Below, one piece after another: positions 13,521-27,706 of a stretch of 64,000 nucleotides of DNA. Both the position numbers and the translations under genes were made by a program. Under the pieces are notes generated by a model. It saw only the letters and a program-made list of their open reading frames with translations, searched no databases and was not told the origin of the DNA. Numbering within the stretch: the stretch's first letter is position 1; each line of letters opens with the position of its first letter. Location: contig NW_019091355.1 in NCBI RefSeq assembly GCF_001949145.1, forward strand, positions 4,537,374 through 4,601,373, written 5' to 3'. This stretch comes from Acanthaster planci. Its lineage: Eukaryota.

Positions 13521-14888
13521 CCCCATTAGGACACTTCGTGGCACCTTAGCTGGATGGTTTGCAAAAGAGAGGGATGGAAGCTACCAGCAGGACTGTCAGC
13601 TTGTATTTCTGAAAGTGTTTGGCAAAACAGGGCTCTCCAGATTTCTCTATTTTGCAACAGAGTGTAGGCATCAATTGTCAAAATGGCGATGGGCTCCATT
13701 ACCGTTTTGAAGGGGTAATCACCTCTGGAGAAAATTATCTTCAAAAGTCATCAGTTAAGCCCCTATAATTGAAAAGAAAATGAAATGTGAGAAAGTGAGC
13801 TTTAACTGGGAATGTATTTTGAACACCTAAGAAACTTGTAATTTTCCTAATTTTTAAGAGCGAGTATTTATCACCGTTGTCTTGCTGGAAACCAACATTT
13901 CAGGCTGCTCGGTGAGTTCTTCCCAGTTCTACCAGGACTGTTGTCGGAACATCTCCCAGACAAGATTTACAATTTTTCAATTCACTGCCACCTGAACGGA
14001 GTCCATTGAGTTCATGAGGTGTTTTTTCAGAGCCACTGCCAGAAAAAGTCAATGGACAGCAAACGATAAGACGCCCGAATGCACTGTGTCCCTCGTTTTT
14101 GAAAAATTGACATCAACTGACACGTTCCGTCCTCTCGACATAAGAGGACGGAAGCCCGGTCATTATGCAAATGTCCTCAGTGTGCGACAGACGAAACCCA
14201 AACTGTGTCCCTGTCCTAGCGCATTACCGGACCTCTCATTTCATCATTTTCCTGCCTCCATCCTTCCCTCTCCGAAAAAAAGTCATTACACTTTGACATC
14301 CAGGACCTGTCAGAACGAAATTGTCAAGATTTATCTTAATACGATCAGCAGCAAGTTTTTAGCGTAACTGGCACGACAGCCAGGGCAGAGAAGTACGTCA
14401 ACAATCCGGTGCGGCTGTCAAAGGGAGTCTGTACAAATGTAATTCATACTTATTTTCTAGACAAGAGCTTTTGGTCAAAGGTGACTCAAACTTTTGAAGG
14501 CTAGAATCACATTTCGAAGTCAATATCTCATGCATGAAAACAACCACATGTGAATTTTCAATCAAAACTGTGACCGACCATAGATGGCGTCCCTTTCTAA
14601 TTTTTTTTTTTTTACCAAAACCTTGTTCTTTCAAACTTCACCAGCAACCTAAAGTCACCATAAGATCCCTCTGCATGCTACTCATGAACAGTTGTCTCGT
14701 TCGTCCTTCAAATTCCACTTCTTTCCTTGTAAGTCTTCGAATGATTGGTTACTTCACAGGTTGATAACAGCTGAAATCAGTGACGGTCATGGACGTCACG
14801 TGGGGAGGCATGGAGACTTGTTACTTCAATGGAGAACAAAATTCATGCATACATTTTACGTATGACGACAATGTAAACCACGGCCTTA

Positions 14889-15089
14889 GGGCGCCTTTCC
14901 ATATGTACGTTTTTAGTTGCGTTGCGTGCACGTTGCGTCCAGGTGTCTCACTTTCACGGACACAAAAATCGACTCCATTAACATAACACGCGTGTGCGTT
15001 GCGTTCGGCCGTCAAAATCGCCCCAGGAGCCATTTTGACGGATACACAACGCTTGGCGCAAGTGTTGACGTGCGTATGGAAAGGCGTCC
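14889..15089. mobile_element. MITE, PIF/Harbinger (Tourist)-like, 201 bp
   Basis: TIR gggcgcctttccatatgtacgt vs reverse complement of the right end ggacgcctttccatacgcacgt (19/22). TTA on both flanks (14886-14888, 15090-15092). Internal inverted repeat ccgtcaaaat/attttgacgg. Confidence 0.85.
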
Positions 15090-15151
15090 TTATGTAGCTC
15101 TGTTATTTATACGCAAAATAATTATCATGGACTAATCTGGCTGCCCGAATT

Positions 15152-15312
15152 ATATTGCTGTGGCACAAAGCACGCATGAAGGTGGTATTATACGCGCGCG
15201 TTACATGCCTTTCGACCAATAGGGTTTGCTGCTTTGCCAAATGCACGCGCGCTGAAGTTAGGAATGCGTATACGTGAGCGTTGTGCAATCGAAGTGACGG
15301 CTTTTCATCGGA
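15152..15312 (+). repeat. Dispersed CpG-rich repeat, copy 1
   Basis: Core atacgcgcgcgttacat..ttcgaccaatagggt..tttgccaa.tgcacgcgcg shared with ~19505-19662. Boundaries approximate. Confidence 0.75.
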
Positions 15313-18300
15313 CGAGTTTTCAGACTCGCCATAAAGCGTAGAGGGATGCCCATCTCCCCTCTGGCATTCTGATTTTTCCACGCCCACCCTCGGAATCCAG
15401 GCGATACCCTTGTTGGCGGTCTGGTCGTACTTGGTGCAATTTTCCCTCTCGATACCTTGCTCAGTTGTCACCAAATGTGCCGTAAACACGCACTTCTCTG
15501 GGCAGAATTGCTTGCACATTTAGGCAACTATGTTCGCAGGCGGACTCCACTGACTCGTCCCCTGAGAGCCTTGCTCAAACCAAAACTTCCGGGGGTTCTG
15601 TTTATGTCTTCACTGGTAAACCTGTCCATCATTTAGCGGCAAGACAAACTCATCTCTGTTTGTCTCTTTTAATTCTTTCAAGTTAAAGTCGGGATATGAA
15701 AAAAAAATAAAAATTCAACCTCACCAGCAAACCTCAAACCTCAGAGATGGGCTGACAGTCATTGGTTTTACAAAACGGAATTCCGACTGTTAGTATTGAA
15801 CATGTCACAACATCATGTGCTACTTCGATGTACTTGTACATAGATCAACATGTGCAGTTGATTTTGTGTCTAAAGCCATGACAATGTGTAAGTTTTTGTC
15901 ACCTGTGTACTCCCAATTTACCAACGAACCAGAACAACGCAAATATTTGACATGCCAAACTCGCATTCGTTTTCGCTTTCTCACTTCAAACGGTAGGCCT
16001 ACATGAATAGTATTTACCCCTCTTTTTCGAACCAGTCAAATCATGCCTTTCGTGCGCGTTCAAATCCCTTCCATCGGTATACCTGTCCAGGGACAAAAGT
16101 GATCAATCCAGTGAAATGCGTTTCTTCTCCGCTAATTTATCAAGTTCTTACAACTAATATCCTCATTCTGGGGCCAATCATCGCGTGCACCGACAAAATT
16201 ACTCACTGCACGTCAGATCACACCCAACATGACTACCTAGAAGTTACAACACCAACCTCCTAAAAGTACAACTTTTACTACCGAGTAGCGAACTTGATGG
16301 CAAGGACAATGAAGAAATATTGGCTCTTGGAAAGTACTGTGACCTTGTCATTCTTCTTACCTGGCGTGCTTGTGGTTCCCCCTCACAGATTGACATTGGT
16401 CGGAAACATTAATCACCGTGGTAGACCAGATGGGGCAAGGGCTGGTAGGAGCGAGGTATCGGCGGTGACGTCACCCACGGCTCGCTGGTTGCTTGGCGTT
16501 GACATATCGCCCCACTGGGGCTGTCTGTCTGGTGGGCCTGTTGTTTTGCGACATTTTGGGGGTTCAAGGTTGTGAACGGCGTTTTGCCGCGGCTGTTTCG
16601 GCTGCGAAACTCCTCGGGCAATTTAGGCCTACACGGGTGTCTTAGTGAGAGATGGCAGCAAACATGTGTGTTCTAAAGGTGTGAGAAAGAAAAAAAAACT
16701 GTCCCGCATCAGCCAGCGAAATGAAAATGTAACTCGAGCACATTGCTCTTTCGGTTACATCCTTAAGCAATCGGCATTAGAACGAGAAGAAGATTTTCCC
16801 GTAGAAAACAACATGAATTATTCAATTCCCGTTCGGATATGAATGAAAATCTTTTGGGCGCGGGTTTTAACTTTTTGTCTGGATTTCAATCAGAAAGAAA
16901 ACACCGAAAATAAATCCAACGTGATTGGCTGTACACCCTTGGAGAACAGGCAGCGTTTGCTTAGAGCCCAAGCTTCACAAGTTTTACCGTTAAGACGAGG
17001 GCGGGAAGCCCGACTTACGGGGCTGAGGTTTGAGTCAACACGCACCTAGCTCCGCATATAATGCAGGTGCTGCTAATCGAAAACGGGAAATTGTGATGAC
17101 AAATAATTCTGCTGTGTACTTTGTGGGATAACGCCGTAATCATTTCGGGCCATTGAGCATGTTTCTCTTGCCACTGCCGCGCCCCGAGTCACCTCTTAAT
17201 CAGCAGGAAGCTTAGTTGTGTGAACTGAATTTATCTGGTGGACTTTTTGTATATGGCGCTTGGGCTAGACTGTGCGGACAACACTATATTTCAACCGTGA
17301 AGATGATTACATCATAGGAACAACTAGCTCCATGGCTGTTAGTTGAAAATCACCTGCCTGGTGAAAATTTGCCAAAAAGCAGGGGAAGAGGTTCAATTTC
17401 ATGTTCACCATGCACGTTACTTGTTTTCCTCTTATTCAATGAGACTTGTATGCATGATCTGCAGTGAGAAAGCGATATCACCACCCGAGTTGGGCGCGTT
17501 TAACTGAACCTTTAGCGCCCTCTGTCAGAGATGGAACGAAGGAAGACAACGTATTTCGTTTTCCTTTCCATTTGGCGTTGCATTTAATTTCGCACGGCTT
17601 AATTGAAAAGATATGTGACGTATCTTATATCGCCTGTGAACAAGGACACTTTTAAGGTTGATAACTAGGATTGGTTTACAACCCCATTCTGTATCACAAA
17701 TGTTATTCATTTACATTTCCCTTACTGAAATAACGTCCCGCAATATCAACCTCTTTATTAGCTTTGGTCGTCGTATGTCTTGATTCGGCATCTCAACCAA
17801 CACCCTACCCCGATTCTAAAAAAGTAACAAATAAAAAAAAATCCCAATTTGGTCACTAAATGTAAGAGCTGAGAAACCTTGGTCATGAAGCTTTGAAACA
17901 TTCTAAGTTTAATAATTAAAGTAAACTGTCTTGACGTCTGTGAAACATTAGCAATTGTAGACAACTAATTCAAAGCCCTGCCAAATTACTTCCCAATAAC
18001 TTGTCGGTATACCGACAAGTACCGGTATACTTGAATCACCCTTCGCCTTGAAGATGTCAAGCTTTCTTTGCGGAAGTCTGTCGTTTTTCACTTTTTTTCA
18101 CTTGTTCTTTCTTGCTCTCAAATCTCAAAACTTGGATGATGCATTCCCTGACATTTTCCCTTCTTGAGGAAGGGCATGCCGTGAAATTGAAGTCCAACAC
18201 ACAGCGTGCAGAGGAAGTTGAAGGGTACCAGGAATGATGGATGAGTTATTACGGAAAGAACTGACACAAGACATGAGTTACGACATGTGTTTACAGGGGG

Positions 18301-19504
18301 GCTGACTGCTGGGTTGCGTTAGGAGGTTGCAAGTACTTTTTGATCAAGAAGGAGTTTGTGTGGTGTGTGTGTGGTGTGTCAATGTCTCATCAACATGTGA
18401 CATTTCAGAGAAAAATACAAAGGGCGTTTATGGCATACAAAATACCTTCACCCTTTCGACGTGTGACCAAAGAAAGCTGTAATACGCGAGACCGTACATG
18501 TTCGCGCTGAAATGTAAAGAGGAAACAAAATCTCAGCTGATATTCAGGACAAATTAGAGAAACTTAGCCGGTGAATACGTTGATTAATACCAATTTAGGT
18601 GTTGGAATTTATAAATCAGGTGATATAGGCCTATTCCCTCAATCAAACTGCTATGCTGTTGCCACTCAGCCGTTTTCATGTTCTGATCCAAAGGACTCAA
18701 TCTGTTCGGAACAAATCACTGACTGACGGTCTTTATCTTTTGTATTGTGCAGTTTCTCTGTCCATCGGTTAGAGGATTGCTTTCTCCGTCAATGTGTTTG
18801 TTTTCTTTTTGGATTAATCATTTTAAATCCCTGTTCGGCTCTGTAAGGAAATGGTTGGAACTTCTTCACGAATTGTCCTTCATCTGACTAGGCTCCTTGT
18901 TAGACGCTTTCATCCAGAGACTGGACTTTCCAAATAAGTTACAAAACAGCGCAAAATGCACACAATGTATGGCCATGGTTAATGCCGCGAAATCCCGCGG
19001 CCTTGCGTGACTCTGCTCGCTGGCCCTGCGCCTAACCCCGCCAATCCAGCCCGGCGGATGATTTAGAGCGGAGCGGCTGTCAAGCGATCGCCAGGCGCCA
19101 AGGGATCGGCAACTCACGGTGACGGAGGTGCGCGGGCAGCAGGTGAGAACGGGGGGTCCTCGCGAGCAGGACAGCGTGGGAAGATACTGTAGAAGGTAAC
19201 TGGCGAGGAACATGTTCTGATCTTAAGAAGAGAAGACGCGTGTAAGAAATTAAACGATACCAGACGATGGAGTAAAGTCTATCGAAATAAAAATATGATG
19301 GGGAAGTTATCGACTGGAAAGACAGTTATGACTTCCTGAAGTAAAGTGGCGAAAGTACTCCTCGGCTCATCAACTTGTATTATTTTTCGGACAGAATTTG
19401 CCTGTTAGCCAGAAATACGAGGCTGCAATAAATATTAATCCAAACCTTGTACTTTCAAAGCAGGTGCATCTCTTACAGTGGAATTCGACAACCAGAATTA
19501 GAAG

Positions 19505-19662
19505 CTATTACTGCGACGACACAACGCTCGTGGACAGGTGATACGCGCGCGTTACATAACTCTTCGACCAATAGGGTGTCTTGATTTGCCAAGTGCACGC
19601 GCGTCAAGCTGAAGAATGTGCATGTTAGTGCAGTGCCACTGTAGTTACGGCGTCCAATCGGA
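19505..19662 (+). repeat. Dispersed CpG-rich repeat, copy 2
   Basis: Same core as the 15.2-kb copy, same orientation. Boundaries approximate. Confidence 0.75.
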
Positions 19663-22066
19663 TTGGTCTAAAAAAAATGATTTTTTCTGTTGTCTTTCTT
19701 AAGAGTCAACTATGTTACTACGTAATAATCACTAAAGTTGAAAATGGGCACCTTCCATTTATTTTGAACTGAAGTTTAGATCAATTGACGGCCACAGCAT
19801 GTTCGTTCATTTTTTTTGAAGCTTAGTTAAGCTTTGAACGAATGAAGTGAAGGGGCGTGTTATCCAACAAACACAGCAAAGTGGACGGTCTTTTTAAAAC
19901 TGTCGAGGGATAGAGTGATTATTGAAATGTTCTTTTCCGACGCTCCTTTGCAGTGGAATGTCTTTCCACGCGTCAGCTTTCTTCTCAAATGTTTCTCTGA
20001 TACTTTAAAATGTTTACACCTGGAAGGCCTTTTTCGTTCCTTTGTCTGCCTGTCGTAGTATGCAACTGGCTCAAAGTGTGGCCATTCAGCATCAACAGGA
20101 TGGAGGTGGAATCAGGAATTTCAACAGGAGATCTTTGCTAGCCCACACAAAGTATTTCCAAGCAATGCCTATAGTCTCGGTAATCGCTGCATATGATGGA
20201 TGGGCAGCCGGGACACCAACATAATGCATTACCGAATCATTTACCAACTTTAAAAGTTCACCACCAACTCGCAGAGCAACCCCGGTCCACCTTTTCCTTC
20301 GGCGCAATTTGAACTGGGATCCAAAACCTGGGGTCCAAACTGCGTCCCGCTGTTTTGAACTCGCGAGGGGCATCGATTTTCTCTGTGCCAGACTATCAGG
20401 CGTGACACTGCCCACTCCATCAAGTTCGGGGAAGGAACACGTCTGACGGGCAAGCACGGAAGAATCTCGGAGTTGTTTATCGGCGGGCGCAAGAGCGTGT
20501 CACGCAACAAACCGACTCCGGTACGCGCTGGCTTGTCAATCTCATTTCGCCGTCGTGCTTTTTTCAATTCTCTTTCTCCCACTCAGGGTGACAATGACAG
20601 ACTTGTGATGTAAGGAGCGCACCTGGCCAGCCACTTCCCTGCCCCCCTCTCATTTTGTGAGAGGCATGCGAGCGCCTTCGGACGAACTTTTATGGTGTGG
20701 ATACTGAAGGCATAGGTTCGAGGGGGGTACTCCCTTGTCACATATCACGGAGGCGGTGTGCTGAACTGTTGAGAAAACTGCTCAGTTCAGGAGAGAATTC
20801 AGACCTGGCGTGCTCGTAAAACTCCGAGCATACTTCTGGAACGGTTCTGGAAGCAAGGTGCTTGTTTACAGCTCGTGGGCCTGAGAACTAACTGGCGCTG
20901 ACGTTACGCTCTGCACGTTGCAGGTAGGTCAGTCAACATTATGGTCCAGGAAGTATGCAAAATGTGACTTCGTCGGAATTTTGGATTTGGAAAGCACTTG
21001 ATTACAATGGCGGCAACTGGCCACATTTGTTATGTGTATAATAGGTAGTCAGCTTTGTAATTCTCGAGTGTATCTCTCTTACGCGTCTCTGGCTGACCAG
21101 GTACCCCCAAACAATTACATAGGATGGATCACTACTTGTGGCAGGATATCAGGTGGTAGGTTGACAACAAGGCGATCCTTTTCCATGGAAAAAAAATATT
21201 TGGCTTATTCTTCCAAATCTATTTCCTTTAATATGATGCAGTGTTAAAACCTTACAGAATCTTTCAAATTTAAACCCTAAGGTTCTATAAAATCCGTCTG
21301 AAAGGTTCTATACAGTGGGGTGACATTTTCGTCGGGTTCCCTTAAGTTTATCGCGATCTATCACGCATACCTGGAATTCCGTTCAGCGCCAGTTGCCTCG
21401 AGGAACCATACCTCTCTGTCAAGCTGTTGCTTCAAGACGTGAGACAAACAGTGTGCTCATGTACCATGGACAGAACATGCATGTTGACAGACAACCGGAA
21501 GACTAGCGGTATGAAGATGACGATATTTACGACAAAAAACGACAAATACGTCAAGTGAAGTTACTAAATGCGGGTTTTTTGGGGGAGGCTATTGTTGTTA
21601 TGTGGTTTTTTTTTCAAAAAAGAGACTGGCGTATATTTCATGGATGCATTAAAAGCAGCTGTAAATGCACTTTTACTAAAGTGAATATTTTTTTCCCATG
21701 CGGGATCATTTCTCATATTGCTCTGTAATTTCCCAGAATACCCCCAAAGTGTTCTGAGAATGCCTAAGATTTTGCAGAAGACGTGAAGCTATAGTACTGA
21801 AGATTACGAACATTTTTATACGGTCACTTGCAGGGGTAGGTGGTACGTTGACTCTTGTTCCCGTCATTCGGGGTCGAGACCCGTTTTTCTCAAACTTGTA
21901 TCCACAGAAAATGCATGTTGGGTATACATGCGTTCAAAGATGGGTCTGTACATTTCGCCTCCCTACTTCATAAACATCGTACGTGCGTGCATTACGACCT
22001 GTGTTTTGCTTTCAACTGTTACGTTGCCAAACAGTAACAATCATCAAGTATTAAATTAACTAGATA

Positions 22067-22391
22067 AATAAACCTTTTGCGAGTTAAATTGAATAAAATC
22101 CGATCCACTGAATTGATTCACTGCACATAAACATAGCAACTTAAATTCCCCGGACTAAAGACACTGTTGCTATACCTTGTAATTCGGAGCAAGCGTTGGC
22201 ATAGCGACCACCACCTCTGGCATGGACTGGTTCCTTTTGTGCTTGTCCATTGAAAGCAGTATTGATGTAAGGAGTCTCTTGTATACTAAGCAAAAGTCTG
22301 TAGTATGGCAAATTCAAAACGTTATGTACACCTGAATTAAAAGAACTCAGTGTGCCAGAGTTTATTCAAAATTAACATGCGAAAGGCTTAT
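22067..22391. mobile_element. Second, diverged copy of the foldback MITE, opposite orientation to the 52.1-kb copy
   Basis: Ends gcgagttaaattgaataaaatc / tttattcaaaattaacatgcgaaaggcttat. The internal segment gcatagcgaccaccacctctggcatggactggttcctttt aligns to the reverse complement of aaaaggaaccagtccattctagagatggtggacgctatgc in the 52-kb copy. Confidence 0.85.
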
Positions 22392-22822
22392 CTCAGCTGC
22401 CATACAACCATGACGTCATAAAATCAGCACTAAGTGGTTTGTATTGTCATTGGCAGGGTCTTATTATGTATAATAACATAAAAAAACCAGCTACTTCATA
22501 TCTGCTGCCCTCCTCCGACAATGATAATAGTCCCATGAAACTACCCAGTACATGTGATAAAGAACTCGTCACTCTGGGTGTCCCAAGGCCCGTTCTTGGG
22601 CAGATAGGGTCTGCCTGTTGTGACGGTACTTTTTAAGGATTGGCGTCTGTTTGGGTAATCTGGCACTTTTGTCAGCGAGATAAAAATAAAAGTGAATGTC
22701 ACATCCTTCATCCAAACGTCACACATGGCATTGCTATTACGAATATCAAGCCCATCGTCAACATGAACTTTCGAAATGTTCCTCCATGTATAACAGATCT
22801 TCGGCGGTAGCCGCTCGAGCCT

Positions 22823-23471
22823 TATAAATTGTCTCCATGTCAGCGGCGCTGTTACAGTGAGCTGCCGGATTAAGTCAAATTTGTCTAGCATTCGCTCCGA
22901 CATCACCCGTAAAATCCCTCTCCACCGAGACCCTCCGTACTTGAAGTTGAACTTTCGAATTTAGAGGTTTCGTCAAGAGGAAGAAAAAAAAATCGGATCC
23001 CCTCCGGGCTGCGAGGGCAGGGATGACCTCAGTCGGAAGCGAGTGATCCTAAGAACCTGGCTTGAATTCTCCCGCGTCCGTCATCGAGTTCAGCCGGTGG
23101 GCTTGTCGAGGACGGCGGAGAAAACAAGCTGGTGGTAGTAGAGGGAGAGAAAAAGGACACTCGAGATTCTCGATTTCCCATGGTGTCGAGACAGAAGGGG
23201 CCTGATCTACGAACAGCGTGGAGCAATGAGGATATCTTTCTTCGGTAGTCAGGGGGTGAATCGCGCCGCTGGGCCCCGTGGGGGATGCCGGCCGCGCGCA
23301 CCCCAGGCGGTACAGCAACGTTTTGTTTTATTTTTTTCCGGAGCGGAAGATTGGAGCTAGATCATCTTCGAGATGTATTGTGGTTGTTGAGTTCAGTTTG
23401 GGTCAGGGTCAGAGGCGCGGTTTCTTACGGCGTGGGGGTCGCACCTTGCTCACGTGCTGTGCAAACTCTAA
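22823..23471 (+). promoter_or_regulatory. Candidate distal Pitx promoter and first exon
   Basis: TATAAAT at 22823, Inr-like ACAGT about 33 nt downstream, CpG-rich 23.0-23.45 kb block, possible donor TAA|gtgagg at 23471/23472. Motif-level evidence only. Confidence 0.25.
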
Positions 23472-24075
23472 GTGAGGTTATTGTTCTAACCCAAAGAAAG
23501 TGCTGACTTTGAAGAACAAGTTCAACATTCAAATTGTGGTGTACATTTAAATGCGTTTGATAGAGGGATGCCAATACGACGCTTTTAGCGTCGATCTGCG
23601 CACTTCCGCGTTTGAAAACGAGGCTGTATGTGTCAGCTTCAATTCTTAATACGATCTAACGATTGAAAGTAAGGAGTCAAGACACCAAATGCATAACTGT
23701 ATGTTAAATTCAGACTTTTCAGGCTGCACATTTTTGTGGAAGAGTCTTTCAGGATGACTCCACACGTCAAATCAAAAGAAAAAAATAACGGCAATTTACT
23801 GCGAACTAACGCACCTGAGATGGTCGTGTACCTGCATGTGCAGTGGGCGTGGTTTAAACTGAAGTAGCGTCACACTTACGAAGCGGATACTGCATGTATT
23901 GTGTCGACTCCGGGGGCGCGCCTCGGGAGAGCCTCGGTTTCGATACGGATATACGCAGACGGCGCTAACGTGAAATCCCTCCATGGTTTCATCTCTTAAC
24001 ACATTCAGATGATTTCACACAGCTTTACTTCTTAATCTTATATCATGGGTAGTCAAATAATACAGAAGGAATCTA

Positions 24076-24313
24076 GGCCGTTTTCCAGTACTCAACTTCG
24101 TCTCCGTCTCAGGCTTCGTCCCTGAAACCAATCCCCAATTGTGGGCCTGAAGCGTTTAAATCAAATTGGATTACTGTAAGTTTTTGCTCTCTTGCATCTT
24201 ATATGATGTGTTGTGGCACTATTGGACTAATCAGTGCGATTACAGATTCAAAGTCAGGTTGCAGAAAAAAAACAGTTGAAGCCTGAGCCGAAGTTGAGTA
24301 TTGGAAAACGGCC
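24076..24313. mobile_element. MITE with 25-bp TIRs (GGCC termini, possibly Harbinger-like)
   Basis: ggccgttttccagtactcaacttcg ... cgaagttgagtattggaaaacggcc (24/25), plus subterminal ctcaggcttc/gaagcctgag. TSD not clean. Confidence 0.8.
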
Positions 24314-27300
24314 CCTGAGTGCTCTTTCGATGGCATCATATCGTTTCCGGTACAAGAAAAAAAACTCCGTTTAGAAGATAATGAAAATTGCTTCTGGAAA
24401 TATTGTGTGCATATATGAGTTATATTCTCTCTATATCAAGATTCCTGAAAATCAAACTTACCGAATTAAAGTTTGTTTGGAACGTAGTGAGTGATTTTTG
24501 AAAAGGTGACGATATTTTTTCCGACTCAGGCAAGAAGTATGACTGCGGGGCTGTACTTGAGGTGAGTTTTATAATTGTCATTGCGATCCACCAGAAGTGC
24601 GTGTACTCTTTGACAGATACAAGTCCAGTCAGAGGAAAAGATGAGTCAAAATGCTCGTCCTAATTTCTAAAAGATATCAGCTTACGGCGTCTTTTCTTTA
24701 AACCCATTTCATCCTTCACTAATAAGAACAATTTAGAAAGCGAATTGTTCGTTTACTTTTGTCTCTTATTTTTTTTTTCTTCTGACAAATGACATTCCGG
24801 CATGTGACTGTTCAAGTTCATTATAAAGTATATAACGCGATTAACCAGTGAGGCTTCAAACGTTAGACGGCAAGGTTTTTTTCGGCTCGACTGATCCAAC
24901 ATAAGCTAGAATACCAAAGTAGAACACCGCCTTATGAAAGGTTATAGTCCTCAGGATATGACAAAGTAAATCGCATTCTCACAATAGAATTAGATACATT
25001 GCAACTCTTTCGCCATAAGTCCCGTGGGCATTGGCAATAGACGACAACGACGGGGTACTTCGTTAGTCAATCGGGAGTATTTGCTTGTTGACTGTTTGGA
25101 CGGTTTCCCTAATAGAGGACAATTAGTCGCAAAGGGTGGATTGCTTGGGGTCGATGTACTATGACGATGCCAGCAAGTTGGCTTCACATCGTGCCCAACC
25201 GGATCCCGCCTAACCCGTTTATAAGACGGTATACCGTGCCTTGACACGGCCTTTCATTCAGGGCGACGGGAAACACTCATGTAACACGAGGCAAACTGAC
25301 GACTCCGAGATCATAATTTAATCAACGTAGTAAATAAGAGATCAAAGACATGCAGGATGCGTGTCATTGTGGATCCTAATCATTTGTACTTGGACAAGTT
25401 AACCTAAAATGATTTCGTGCTTGGCAACACTTGCACGTTGAAGGCGTGTTGATTGTGATGCCTTATTAAAGTAAGAATTCAGATTTCTGTGATTGCGTCA
25501 CAGGTGAGAGTGTTTCCTCCAAAAACGTTCAAGCAGGAAAACTCTCTTCGTTCGTAATTAAAACGACGCCAACAGCGTTCACATCTCAACTCATTGAGGA
25601 TATCCGAACTAATGACGTGTCACGCCTTACTCACCTCACTCTCCAAAGTGTAGATCAAACTATTAGTTCACAAAAATCCCCCTTAATTGACAAGCATTAG
25701 CGGCCTTGCATTGTTTAGTTTGATGCCCATTCCTTTTATTTTTTTATTCCAGTCGAAGATTTCTGTCATTTTTGTAAATCGTAAGGTTCTTTCCTCATTT
25801 CGTAGGTCTGCACCACTTTTGATCTTGGTCTGTACTTTCTTAAAGAAAGACCTGAACGAAAATACTCTGTTCAATGAGAACAGAACTTACGATTAATAAT
25901 GATTACTTCAATTAACTATCATGTTGTCTAATTACCATGAAATACGTTTCACTCGCGTTCTTGCAAGTTTATTGTCTGTCTCTTTTATCGCTGAAAATTT
26001 TATGAATGGTTTTACTTCTTTGTATAATGAAAATTTTACATTTCAGACATAAGTCGGACATACTGCGATGAGTTAAACCTCCACCCAACCGTCGTCGGTG
26101 GGCGCAGCTCGAGCTTCACTATATTTACCCTTGGGTTAAGTCTCCCCAGAAGCCACGCGGGATTAACTAAACAAACCCACCCATTACCTCCACTCTGTGC
26201 GGCCTCCCCGCGCGATGATACACGCGTGGATCATCTCCCCGCCTAAAATCTTCCCTTCCCCCCCCAAAAAAAAAGGGCTAAAGACGTCAGTAATCACGGT
26301 CTGAGTGCAACACCCCCCCCCTTGTCAGTCTTATCAGAAATTTTTCGGGAACTTTGGAATTAGCGGGAGTTGTCAAATTCACTCGCTATCTGTTTCAGTC
26401 ATGTTGGCAAAGGGGATGACTCTGCAAAAGTCGGCCGTGAGTCCCTGTCAGTTGCCATTAGGCCGCCAGCCTTAAACAGGAGAGACCATTTACTCCTCGG
26501 TATCTTCACCCAGCTATCAGTTTTACTTTTGGCCAACATCGGATCAGTCAAATGGCATTTCGAAGCCGACACATTTAAGTGTTATTGTCAAGCAACTCTT
26601 GCCATTTTTGCCCAAACTGTGAACCGGAGACCACAAGGGAAGTGTCAATAAATTATTCCCCACGGGGTGATCGTTGCCAAAAATAAACAAACAAACAATA
26701 CGCTGAGGTTGAATAAGGACAAGTTTTTAACAATATTGAGTCACTGATTAAGCGCTAAGAATACATCCGAACATAGGGCTTCTGCCCCCATTCACTACCG
26801 TGCACGGTCCGCCCAAAATCAATGCGGTGGCCAACTTCAAATTAACAGCTCAGCCCTCTGTGACTCAAATGCCGAAATCGAACCTTTCCGCTTCTGTAAT
26901 TTGATTGTTTGCAAGTATCATATTACGAGAGCTTCCTTTAAGTCATTTTTTAAACATGAATTTCAGTTTATAGCACTGAGCATGTTGTTCATGCGTTTTA
27001 AGTTAGGAAGCTAGGAAGCGGGGTCGTATACAGACAGGAGGCATCGTGTCCAGGTGCATGGCCGTCATGAAAGGTGGGCACCTCTGCTATTGCGTGTCAC
27101 TGAAGTTCACGAGACCAGCACTGTTCATTATCGGCATCCGGGAAGGGGGGGAGACCTACGCAGTATACTCGTCACCTCTGGCTGTACTTTATGGAGCTTG
27201 ACAACACCACTTGCTGCTGTCTGTTTCACGAATGGGCGTAACCCAACTCAGCCGTTCCCAATGACTCCAAGAAACAATACATCACAGGGCGCTGATGCAG

Positions 27301-27706
27301 AAGGAGAGAAAAAAAAGGGCGGGTACCGATTTAACGAACCCAGCAATGTCAGTCGGTCAAGTGGGTGATTAGACCTGACATGGCGGGCTAGCAAGCATTG
27401 GTCCGTCGTTTCATCATCATCGACTAGTGGAGGGCCGCAGCCGGGACTGTGAGCCTCATCCGTCCGTGTGTGGTTGCCTCGTAATTTCTCATGTGATCAC
27501 GCAGCCGGGCCACTGGTTCGCCGATCACCGCTTGGCGTTGCACGGCATTTCCGGAATTCCTTCAGCCATTCGCTTGTTTCGACGAAGGCTTGGGATAGCC
27601 TTTGGAGTCCTAGAATCGCCCCGGGCATTCTAGCGATTGGTTCTAGTCGGCTACACACTCATAAGCTACTTGACTCTAACCTCGTTCCTGTATTTGCCCA
27701 TAACAG

